Assembly: GCA_965644265.1 (NCBI GenBank)
Contig: OZ286459.1
Location: forward strand, 24,552,001-24,616,000
DNA length: 64,000 bases
Origin: Glycera tridactyla
Taxonomy: Eukaryota
Reading direction: 5' to 3'
Shown: piece by piece, positions 12,748-24,476 of the stretch
Numbering within the stretch: position 1 is the first letter of the stretch
Layout: every line of letters starts with the position of its first letter
Translations under genes and position numbers: made by a program
Notes under the pieces: generated by a model
What the model was told of the DNA's origin: nothing
The model's database searches: none
Seen by the model: only the letters and a program-made list of their open reading frames with translations

Positions 12748-13375
12748 GAGAAGCACATGTACACAGGACATTGAGCAAACACTATCTTAACTCATCTTGA
12801 AGCTGTAGGCAGTAATTACAAGAGAATCGACATAAAACCGCATTAGTCGGCAAAAGTTGTCTCTTGGTGCACTGATTCCTACTTAGTCCAGTCAATCTAG
12901 CTCAAAAATAGGCTTAACCCACCACAAATTGCAATTCTTTTGTGCTTGGTCTCATTTGATCACAAATATTGTATTTTGTTCTATCCTAAAAGTCACAATG
13001 AATCCAAGCATTGGATCAACCTCAATTCTGTGTGTGTTTGGACCAATGTCAAAGTACACTTTTTCACCAAATGCAGCCAGTATAAATACCTGGCTGTCGG
13101 ATATGCACCTAAATTCAGCCTGAATAGCCATAAATCAACGCCTAAACATCTTTACCTTGTTGTACCATGAGGTGACAATATCTAAGTTCCATAAATGATC
13201 GAGAATTGCTGCTAGACATTGAATTTTCACTTCAAAATCCCCAGCAAATGGAGTTGTATTTGTGGTATAGATATGACAGCCATGACATATCAAAGATATT
13301 CTTTTCTTATGTCATAATTACATTCTCTGGGATATTGAATGAGAAGTAAAAGCATCTAATACTTCATTTTGGTCA

Positions 13376-14172
13376 TAAGCTCATCTGGCCAAAGGCTCAT
13401 GAGCTTATGCCATCATGCTGCATCCATCGTGTGTCGTCTGCCATCTGCGGTCCATCTTCCGTGGGCATCCACAATTCTGAGACATTGCATATCCTCCCTC
13501 ACTTCATGATGGATTTTGATTCTGATTGTTTTATTGGACAAAGCCATGAAATACGCATACAATTGGTCATTTGTGTGTGAAATTCTCATTAATGACTTGG
13601 TAATTAGGCTAATTGGGTGGTTATGCAAGAATCACTAAAATCGAATCTACTCCCTCAATTCTCAATGGACTTTGATTCTGATTGTTTTATTGGAGAGATA
13701 TAATACTTGATCACATCTTTCCAAAATTTCTGGTTGACAACTCAGTTATTGGGCTAATTGGTTCACAGCTAATTGGGTTTTCAGCTACAAATCACAAAAA
13801 TTGTATTTCCTCCCTCAATTCTCAATGGATTTTGATTTTGATTGTTCTAATCATTAGAACCAACAATTGCACGCAGATCCTGATCACGTTTTGTGTGACT
13901 TTCTTGTTAAAGCCTTGGTAATTAGGCTAATTGGGCCATCAATGAGCCACTAAAATGGTATCTCATTCACTTCTCAATGGATTTTGATTCCGGTTGTCTC
14001 AATAGTGAGAAACAGCATCTGACATCAAACCTGGTCATGTATGTGAAATTCTTGTTCACAACTTGGTAATTAGGCTAATTGGGTCACTTTTCAAAATCTG
14101 TGATCAGTTTTAGTATGCATGTACTAATACAGGGCCAGGTGAGCTCTGGTGTCATTGATCCTATGGTTTCTT
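13376..14172 (+). mobile_element. Non-autonomous Helentron-associated element (HINE/DINE-like) nested in Academ
   Basis: 5' hairpin taagctcatctggccaaaggctcatgagctta, then a ccgtc-like stretch and four ~155-bp tandem units (atggattttgattc...ggtaattaggctaattggg at ~13508, 13665, 13826, 13977). Second sub-TIR ccaggtgagct at 14135-14145. T-rich flanks. Confidence 0.6.
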
Positions 14173-14823
14173 TAACCAATTTGTCAATTCATCTGTCATG
14201 TCATATCAATGCCATTGATAAACTTGGGATGAATAATGATATGACTACCAAAAATCATCGAGAATTTCTTGGTATGACAATCAAAGAAATGCTTGCTTCT
14301 TTTGTCTTCCTTGATCGAGGGTTTGGATAGTGTTCTATAACGATGAAAATATATGCATCTGAATGAACAATTATTCAAAGTTATGTATCATCTCAGAAGA
14401 TTGGCCTCTCTCTGTATCAAAGCCGTCCATAAATCTATTTTCATTCCCTCATTATGAATAGACCCTCATGTATATGAAGGCTATGTTTGTTCCACAGTGA
14501 GTGACTGATATGGAGCAATAAACAATTGATTTTTCCTGGATTTATCATGTGAATCTGTAAACAATGCATAATTGTTCAGTGCTTCTTTGTGAATGATTAG
14601 TCTAGCATGCTGGCGCGGATGACAGACATTTGGCTATAGTTATCCAGTCATGTATGATGTAGTGATGAGTCATTTGTTTCTACATGGTTATCATCGCCCA
14701 TGTGAACACAAGTACAACTGAAAGTCAACCCGATTCTGCTTACAAAGATGATGGTCCTGTCACATGTAAATCAAAGATTAAAAATTTGGAAGCCAATACC
14801 AGTGCAAACTAGTCACATTAAAG

Positions 14824-14873
<50 letters not shown>

Positions 14874-14968
14874 TTTTTTAGTGATAGAAATCATGTCAGA
14901 GACATATTTCCAGATTGTACTGGCAACAGGTCCATGAAATGTGTTCCAAATGCCCAAATTATTTTTTG

Positions 14969-15016
<48 letters not shown>

Positions 15017-15229
15017 CTCATCTGAGATTGTACAATCGAGCAAACAAAATAGAGATTCCCATGCCTCAAGAGATCCATCTGTGAAATGTCTCAAAGTGAG
15101 ACTTCAAGATTCCATCTGAGCAGAAGCATCCCTGAATGTTGCTGATCATCCACAGGCCCATGAGGAGCAAAGAACTATAAATGATCTCATGTTCAAGGTG
15201 TTCAATGATTTTATAGCCACCCAAAGGAC

Positions 15230-16900
15230 GATGACCATCAGTCTGAGAAACAGGCTGCTGCACAGTTAATGAAAAATGAAGTTTGCAGGACTTGTTAAGT
15301 ACAGATTAGGTACTTTTTTTATGTTGAAATCACTATATACTCTGCTCAGTATGCTCTTTCTTTGAATATACACTGATAGAAAGTTAGCATCACTAGGTCA
15401 AGGTATAACGCAAGCCATTAGAACTCCAGCTCTCATTGCCCCACTTTACCTTGGTTCGAAAGTGCAGATGCATCTTCACTTTGCTTCGAAATTTCTGATT
15501 GACTCACTCAGTGTACATGGCTTTGCAGCCTACATGACGAAGTGTGGCAATTTGAAAGAAGTGCAGCAGTGAGCCTACTAACAGATATTCTGGACCGTAA
15601 TCCTGATGATGTCATGTGATATATGGCTGACCATGTAGACTATAACATACAGACAATAGGTGGTTCAAATACTTTTCATGGCATGTGGATTATTGCGACA
15701 ATTACTCCAGCGAAGCACGCTGTCCAACAGGTCCAATGAGTCAATGTCACAGCATGAGATATTATGTCCATTGGTCAGATTGATATCAAACATCTACATG
15801 TGTGGCTCTTGAATCATTGAAATATGAGAGGCTAGAAAGAGATCAGAGTGAGGCTAGTAACAATGAAGATGTTCAGTGGAAAATGTCATTACATTCGAGG
15901 AATCTATGCCCTACTTCGATAGGTATGATGCAGTTGCTTAATCGAGCCCTTGCCAAAGGTCGTACTCCATAGTGTTACTGTCAGTGAATAACTGAGATCC
16001 ACATAATCTTTCATGTGTTTTCTCTATACTAGTGTATATTTCTGATCATGCATACATTTTTGATCAGCCACTTTGGGTGAAGGCTTTGGCAATAATAGAG
16101 AGCCAGCTAATTGAAAGTGATTCGCATGATGATGTATTGAGTCTTGAAGGAATTCACACCCACATGAGCTTCTCAGGAGGTATTTGACATGTGATAGGAT
16201 GATCTGGGCTACAGCAATTACTTGAGAAAAGTTCATGCAGGGAATATGTTTATACATATGATCACTGGAAAACTATAGGATAGGCCTGTCCATGGGATCT
16301 ATAAAGTGATGCTACTATGATTAATGCAGCTCAGACATTTGGTCGTGCTCTGCACAATGACTGCAATCCACAGCCATCTGATAATTATGACTCTCATCCA
16401 TGTCACATGCACTTTCATGTTGGAGGTACAGGTGATGAAAGTGCTAGATATTTCAGGTCAGTTCTCATTTGAAATCCAAATGCATTATACAGATCATCCT
16501 GCCTCCAGAGATTAGATATTTTCACAGAAGTTTGAAACATTCTATGCTGTGAGATAATCAAGATATGAATTTTTCATTCTCATACCTGTATTGGTACTAT
16601 GTCAATGGTAAATTTATGATGTTTCTGGTTCAAATTATAACTATATATGATGGAAATGAGCAGAGAAGGGAGTTTTGGCATCAAGAACTCGCCTATTATT
16701 GAATGCTTTGCTGACTCAGCAAGTTCATCCATGACAACTTTCATAAGATTATTATGGGTTGATTTGTTGGTTTACATGTATAAATGTTCATATAGCTGTT
16801 AATAGCTGGATCTGTGAACACTATTCACAAACAGTGCATTTGTGGTATAATAAGAGGAATAATAGTATGTAGATTTCAACAAGAAGAGCTCATATGGTGT
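15230..16900 (+). pseudogene. Academ transposase remnant with many stops and frameshifts
   Basis: Translated pieces: KLASLGQGITQAIRTPALIAPLYLGSKVQMHLHFASKFLIDSL (~15381), YMADHVDYNIQTIGGSNTFHGMWIIATITP (~15620), FDQPLWVKALAII...GIHTHMSFSGGI*HVIG*SGLQQLLE (~16058). These match, in order, the Academ DNxD..T..G..TFHG and FDQPLW..K..GxFH motifs. Confidence 0.8.
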
Positions 16901-17640
16901 TATTCCAAATGTAGAGCACATTCACCATTCTACTTGAGTGCAGTTTAATTCCGCAAATACTACAAACTATGGTACTAGCAAAAGTATATTCTAGGGAAAT
17001 GTCTGGCCTTTCAGATGAATCATTCTTGCCAAATGAGGATAATACCTTAAATGATGCTTTCACTTTGTCACTTTCAGGCAGAGATTATATATCAGCTCAC
17101 CTATCATGTATCAGCCCATTTCCATATTGGGGCAACTTATATCCAGATTACTCATTGAGAAATATATCATGCCATGGATACCTGGTGATATTCATCTATA
17201 AAGATGATGTTGTGTTACAATCCTGGTTTTCCTTAAAAATTGAGAACACTATCCAACATCTGGTACTATTATGTCAATTGTTTACATAGCTGCCGAGAAT
17301 GATTTTCAGGGAATATGACTATAATATATGGAGAAAACTAATCAATGAGTGTCAGAGAATTATGGGGGCTGTTGAGACGAACATTTTGGTACCTTGATGT
17401 TGAAGCTTGGATGATTATTGAGAGAGTTAATGCATATAATGTACTTTTTTTGTATTATTCACATGGTAGCCAATGGCAAAATTTTGAAAAGCCAAATTTC
17501 AAAGTGTTCCAATGCTCGGATTTTCCGTGACTTTTATTATGTTGCTTATCTATGTGGTAGGAGATGATAGAAAAAGTTTCGAAAAATTGCAATTTGTGGT
17601 GGGTCATTCGCTAGATTGACTGGACTAACTCTAGGGGCGG

Positions 17641-17988
17641 CTGAAGGCGGTGGTAGTGTCTAATCGAAAATTGATCCATCCAACTTTGATGACATCCTTT
17701 TATGAGCGTCTCCGACTTCCATCACAGGCGCAGTGCAGGGCCATGAACATTGAATCCTACGCTGAAGGCGGTGGTAGTGTCTGATCGAAAATTGATCCAT
17801 CCAACTTGGATGACATCCTTTTATGATCGTCTCTGACTTCCATCACAGGCGCAGTGCAGGGCCATGAACATTGAAGGCGGCGGTAGTGTCTAATCGAAAA
17901 TTGATCCATCCAACTTGGATGACATCCTTTTATGAGCATATCCGACTTCCATCACAGGCGCAGTGCAGGGCCATGAACATTGAATCCT
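17641..17988. repeat. Tandem triplication of a ~115-120-bp unit, specific to copy B
   Basis: tgaaggcggtggtagtgtctaatcgaaaattgatccatcc...ggccatgaacattg occurs at ~17641, 17762 and 17871; single copy in A (~1120-1240) and C (~54960-55060). Confidence 0.9.
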
Positions 17989-19183
17989 TTGGCTGAATGT
18001 ATTTGACAGGCGATTGAAAGGCATTTACTGCAATGAGGATGGTTTCGAGTAAATTTGGGAATCTCCACTCATGATTCAAGTTGTCAGTAGAGCAGGACAT
18101 CAAGGGAGATCCAAGTATCCAAAATTTTGATCCACCAATTGGAGTGACCGGTGAAAGATATCAGGACCATATAGGCAGGGGGTTAGCAGGTATGGCATGA
18201 GTCCGGGATAAGTTTCGTCTGGATACTGGAAACTTTTGTCATTGCCATGGAATCACGAAACTGTGTTGCCTACCCCCTTTAGCTATTGCACTCAGATCTT
18301 CCTGATTTTGAGATCCAGATATCTCCGGAGATGACCTTCAGAAAGCAATATTGACAATTCAGTTTCCATATCTGAATATGAGTTCGAGTTTTGAATATTT
18401 TTTGTCAAACTCAAGAGTGGAACATATGACGGATGATATTTTTCCCGCATGAGTACAATCATATAAAGCACTAAAATATATACAAAAAATACACAAGTGG
18501 GAAGAAAAAAAATGATCATAGTAACCAAAACAGGCATTTCGCAAATGTTCTGCCTACCATGGACTACATGTTGTGAACTACATTTGATGATTGCTGTAAA
18601 TGTAAATGCAGTGGTTTAGAGTCTGGTATCCTTGAGAAGTTCACCCGACCTTACGAATACATTTCCTGGCAGGCCTGTTCAAGCATGAGCCTTTCTTAAC
18701 TCTGTGGGGAGTATACAATCACTGACACTGAATTGACGGCATGGGCTAAGCACTCTACATCAACATCACTGCATATATGCCAAATACTCATTCACACCTG
18801 GGTGAAGTGATGTGGTGGAGTACAGAGGTTCCACTCAGTTACCACCACACAGAAGTGCCTCCTCAGTGAGTAGTGCAGATCTTACAGATCTGTGTGATGT
18901 TGCAGGTCCAGTATGGAATGGTGACTTTTGACCATGTTGGTCACCAATCCGAGGAGGAGCCCTGCTCACTGTTGAAAACAGGGCTGTTCAGTTGAGAACC
19001 AGAGAATCTGCACTCACCTCACCAGTTACTCTACATGATTATGCGACAAAATTCCAGAAAAACAATGCGCTGCTCTCAAAAAAGACAGGGCAATATCTCA
19101 GTATGGACACGAAATTTCGTATCATCGTTTCCTAGTTCCTGCCACCATACTGACAGTCACTGCAGATAAGTCAGATATGTATA

Positions 19184-19701
19184 GTTATGAAGAATGCCCC
19201 GAGTGCTGGGTACGGAAGTAGTGTACACGCAGTGTAGCGATCTCCGGTGACGCACGAGTGGCCGGAGGCCACGAGTGCGCCACCGGGGATCACTACGAGG
19301 CGTGTACACTCCTCTGTGCCCAGCACAAGGAGAATTCCGTATTTATCATCCGATAAATGAATAGAATAATCAATTATCTTCAATTCCGTGTTTAATTTGT
19401 GAAAATCAGACCACTGGTTGCTGAGATACAGTGATTCTTATGGAGGTATCTTTCCAAACATCTGCCGTGACGCTATACAGATCGAACGTGTGACACTGCC
19501 AGTTGACCCTTGACCTCGATTGTTCTATAGCGACTGATTGTTTTACTGACCAATCAGCGTTGGCCAAGAACATCACATGATCTAAGCGCAAAAAAATGAA
19601 AATACCAGCTGGGAGCTAATACGCCTTCAGATTACCACCAAGCACCGAGGGGTACGGGAAGACGACGCTTACCAATATGCTAGACTCAACATCGGATGAT
19701 C
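19184..19701. mobile_element. ~0.52-kb copy-B-specific insertion with an internal hairpin; probable non-autonomous DNA element of unknown class
   Basis: Absent at the paralogous site in C (~53730-53750). Internal IR gtgctgggtacggaagtagtgtacacgc / gcgtgtacactcctctgtgcccagcac (~19203-19326). Confidence 0.55.
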
Positions 19702-20520
19702 ATCGAGATGATCGGGGCTTCCCGACGCTTATATTCCAATCAGTCATCCTGAATACTGCATAAGTCCTAGACAGAGAGATAAAGCTGGAGGGTACATGCA
19801 TAGTAGCTCCATCCATTGATTCACTCAGCACGACTATTTATGGTAATGCAATCAGTGTCTACGCTCAATACGTCAGCGCCTTGACCATCATACATAGACT
19901 TTAGAGTCCATATGACCCGCTTTCTTGACAGGCATGCTGCGAGATGGACAGGCCAGATGTATTTCTTTCCCGTGTGACCTGTCATGATTCGGGATTCGAT
20001 GAGATTCATAGTGTGCAATCCAGAGGGGGGTGGCCCCACAGACCTGACAAGACGCCCCTTGTTTCTGGGTGGAGTTAGACATTATGCCACATCAGAAAGC
20101 CCTATAACATAACATAACATAACATAAACTTTAATGCATATGATCCAAGTGAATACAGATTTACAATTGACCGTGAGGTCGTATTAGTTGCATATGCAAA
20201 CGTGTCATTATTGCACCATAGATTCAGGTTCACAGTATTTACATGAATAATCACAATGCGGGATCAGGTATAGTATAATACAGGGCGAATACTGTTGTGA
20301 ACTTGAATATCGAAAATAATAATGAAAAAGATTGAAAGTTGGTTTAGGTATCACAGCCGCTCCCCTAGCGGATCAGCCCGGAATTAAAGTACCGGTGGCG
20401 CCCCCGTCGACCGCGGTCCCTTTTTATCACTAACTAAGATGGCGATGATGCACTCGATTCTACATTCAACGAGGAAATAAATACAGTTCTCCTCGAATTT
20501 CACGGCAAGTACCGCTATTC

Positions 20521-20964
20521 GCAGCACGCGATTCGTGACTATACGTGTTTATATATCGATTCGGCCGGATTCTAACGTTGTATCACATTCGCGAGGCTTT
20601 TTTTCACAGCCAATCGTTCGAGAAACGTATATTTTCGCCCAGCGACACGTGGTACATTCGACCAATGACAGTTTACCTTTCACACGCTGTAATACTACTC
20701 TTACCGTGTACTACGTGGTACATTCGACCAACGACAGTATACCTGTCACACGCCGGGATATTTGCAGCATACGATTCGTGACTAGATGTGTTTAATTATC
20801 GATTTGACCGGATTCTTATGTTTTATTACATTCGCGAGCCTTATCACGGCCAATCTTTCGAGAAACATATATTATCGCCCAGCGACACGTGGTACATTCG
20901 ACCAACGACAGTTTACCTTTCACACGCTGTAAAACCACTCTTACAGTGTACTACGTGGTACATT
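20521..20964. repeat. Tandem duplication in the LINE 3' UTR: 243-bp period with 66-bp sub-repeats
   Basis: gcagca..gattcgtgacta at 20521 and 20764; acgtggtacatt at 20647, 20713, 20887 and 20953. Confidence 0.9.
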
Positions 20965-21398
20965 TTGGCTGGCAGTAAGACACAATTGAAGGTATCAAAA
21001 TAAGATAGAATAAAATGTTGATAACCCAGGTAGATATCAAATGTCAAAATAGGGTGCACAATTAGGATTATTCCCATTGTACAGACTGTGGTGCCAACTT
21101 TCCGAAGATTTTCGGAAATCTGAAAAATTGAGTCAAAGTCATTCTGATTCCTCGAAGATTAAAATTCTTGATGATATTTTGATAATATGTGAAATTAATT
21201 TCAGGAAATGTTTCAGTATCGCAGAAAATTTAGCTTCTCATTGACATCACTGTACAGAAGTCATGTACTCAGTTTACACGTTCAGCGATATCACATTATG
21301 ATGACAGTAATATTGGGCCTATTTAGTGATACAGTCAAACCTGTATACAGCAACCACATACAATAACGCACAATATTAGATCTATATATATCTCTAGA

Positions 21399-24304
21399 TC
21401 ATTCTTTCTTAAGTATTCTCTTCAGATCAGCTAGGGATTCAGCCTTTCTAATCTAATGACTAGCATTATTCCAATAGTTCACACCTCGCACTCTAATACT
21501 TCTGTCAGTGAAATGAAGTCTCGTCCTTGGTATCTCTAGAAGATTGGAGTTGTGAATTCTACTCATACTTCTGGTATGTAAACCAGATATGCGCTTTGAC
21601 TTTAGAGTAAAGAGGTTATTCAGGGGAGATTCAGTGGCGTCTACCATGAAGCCAGCTTTGTATACTTCAATTAATGTATTAATACGCCTGTTATCTTTCA
21701 GAAAGCGGACACCTAAATCGTCATGTAATTCTCTTGCCGAATAATCCCAGCCTGCATTGCGGATAACACTAAGGCATCTGTTTTGAGACACCTGAAGCCT
21801 AGTGCTCAGTGTCTCAGAACAGGTGTCGTAGATGTGGTCTAGGTAGTTGTAAAGCGGATCCACTAGACTTCTGTATAAATACAGAGCCAATTCTTTGTCT
21901 ATGGATTGACGTAGGTAGTACAACGCCCTTCGCCTAAAGTTTAATTTGCGGATAATGTATTCAATATGGTGATGAAAGGAAAGGGTGGGATCTAGTTGGA
22001 TACCTAGATATTTTATTTTATCAACTTGGCTCACTCTTGAGTCGATGTAGTTTATATTTAGAGGACGACATCGTCTCAAGCGCTGCTCAGTGCCGAATAG
22101 CATGCAGTGGGATTTATTAAGATTTAAAGTCAATTTCTTTTCACGAAACCACCGCGATACTGAGGAAAGGTCCATGTTGAGTCTACTTTCAATTTCATCT
22201 AAGTCGCTACCAGATGCAAAAAGAGCCGTATCATCTGCGTACATAAAAGGCGTTGTGAAGTCCAGGACCTGATTGATGCCATTCGTGTATAATATGAAGA
22301 AGAAGGGTCCCAGAATGGACCCCTGGGGTACCCTGTAGGTGACAGGTTGATGGCCGGAAACTTCCTGATTTATCTTAGTCGCCTGTGATCGACCATCTAG
22401 ATATGAGGTCACCCAATTCACACTACCATTATCAAAGCCAAGTGTACCAAGTTGGTCGACTAGAAGAGCATGGTCAACAGTGTCGAAAGCTTTCTTCAGG
22501 TCCAGGAAGAGCACCCCACTGGCGCTCCCCTCATCAGCCGCAAGATAAATTTGGTCAAGAAGGCTGGCAAGGCACGCTCCAGTAGAGTATCCCCTCCTGA
22601 ACCCGAATTGAGCTTTGTTGAAGATCCTGTGTTCATTAATATAGTCAGTAATTTGATCATGGACCAGGCGCTCCATGATCTTCCCAATCACGGAAAGAAG
22701 CGAGATAGGCCTGAAATTGCTAAAATCACAGGCTGGGCCTCCTTTATGGATAATCGTTAACAATGCTTCCTTCCACCTAGAGGGGAAAACACAATAAGTT
22801 ATGGATTTATTGAAAATACTTGTAAGGATAGGGCTCACAACTGAGATGGACATTTTTAGAAAATAGCTAGTGATATCATCTAGGCCTGCTGCAGACGTGT
22901 TGCTCAGAGCTAGGATACAGTTTTGTACTTCATGCACATTCACCAAGTTTAGAGTGAAGATCTTTTCATTCGAATTGCCAGGGTCAAGAATGTTTTGGTG
23001 GTTTAGTTCCTCGGTGCGGTCAGTGTTGGGCAGATGTGCTTCAATGTCATTCGCCAACTTGGCGCCGATGCTACTGAAGAATTTATTCACCATGTCGGCG
23101 ATGCAACTTTCATTGATTTTATCGGTATTATCTGGTATGGTAGGAGAACCGGTACTTTCCTAGACAGGGGCCAGAAGTTTTTAATTTCTTTCCATAATTG
23201 TTTGGAGTCAGTGCCCGCTCAGGTGAGGCAGTCCGAAATATGTCTACGCTTCGGTTGTCGTTTCAGTCTATTTTTGAGATGAAATGCCTCTGCTTTCATG
23301 GCGCGGTTGTAATCACTATGGTATAGGTTGCAGCGACGGGTGCGTTTCTCACAATATTCAATGGCGCAAAGGTACTCACTGTTCACCCAGGGTTGGTGAT
23401 CTTTTTTGACGGGAATTATCTTTTTCGGAGCATGTTTATTCACCATTGCCATGAAATTCGACGTGAAAATCTCGGTGGCCTCATCCGTATTTTTGCTTCT
23501 ATATACAGGCGTTCAGTCTATGCTCGCCAAATCGCGTGTAAAATTCCCAACATCGAACGTTTTGTATGATCAAAATTCAATGTTACGGCTGATGTACGCG
23601 ATTTTGGGTCGATGTCGGGAGGAAAAAATCAAATGGTGGTCACTTAGACCCGGGTCTACACATCCGAATCTACTATAATACTCGGGCCTAGTTGTTGCAA
23701 AATGGTCAATACAGGTACCACCACGTTCATTTATTCTTGTGATGTCATTAATCAGATGTGATAATCCTAGCTTTTCACAGGTAGACAAGTACGCTTTAGT
23801 ATCATGGTTGGAGGTCTTAAGCAGGTCGATATTCAGGTCGCCGAGCAATATTTGATCACAAGGGTTATGAAGATTTGGATTAGTAAATACCTCCTGGATC
23901 TTGGATAGGGCTTCCCTAACAGATCCATCTGGTGGTCTATAAATTGAGAAAAAATGAGTCTGCCTGGCCTTATGCAATTTGAGGCTGAAACATAATATCT
24001 CCACGTCAGGCGTACAGCAGCATAGTTCTTCATGCAGTTCAATATTGTATTGGGCTTGAAAGTAAACTAGAAGTCCACCCCCTCCTGCCTCGCCACTTAA
24101 GATGCTTCTATCTTGGCGAAGGAACCTATAGCCTGGGATACACACTTCACTGTCGTCAATTGAGGAATTCAAAAATGTTTCACTTAGACAGAGGATATCA
24201 AGCTTACTTAGCAATAGGAGGCTTGAGATGTCATCAGCTTTTCTTATTAGACTTTGAATATTAAGACCACCACATGAGATCCCGGGTAGGTTTGAGAGAG
24301 CCAT
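21399..24304 (-). pseudogene. LINE ORF2: AP endonuclease plus reverse transcriptase, disrupted
   Basis: APE motifs LNIQSL, LCLSETFL, ILLGDLNID, CIDH, SDH; RT motifs FRPISLL, DLKKAFDTVDH, VPQGSILGP, YADD, KYLG. In-frame stops at 23570, 23513, 23219 and 21453, plus one frameshift at ~23100-23170. Reading through the last stop gives IRKAESLADLKRILKKE*. Confidence 0.93.
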
Positions 24305-24476
24305 GGTGCCGTATTCGAAGTCACTAAAATCAGCAGAGAGAGGGAAGATGTACTTATTCTTTCGGGCAGTTCACATATTGAAGCAGAGGTAAATTGGAAA
24401 GTCAGGTCAGAATCGGAGGTTACAAATCTTAGTCAGTTCATTTGATATCGTGAAGTGGGGGGGGGGGGGGAGAGCT

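Larger units (their letters stand above)
12884..17627 (+). mobile_element. Academ-superfamily DNA transposon, decayed, 4744 bp
   Basis: Perfect 18-bp TIR tagtccagtcaatctagc / gctagattgactggacta, with further homology acccaccacaaattgcaat. 3-bp TSD ACT (12881-12883, 17628-17630). Empty sites in copies A (~1250) and C (~55072). TAG..CTA termini and transposase motifs are present. Confidence 0.85.

Noticed and set aside
21330-21357. TA-cagtcaaacctgtata, resembling a pogo-type TIR, in the LINE 3' UTR
   Set aside because: No partner TIR found nearby; at most an isolated fragment.
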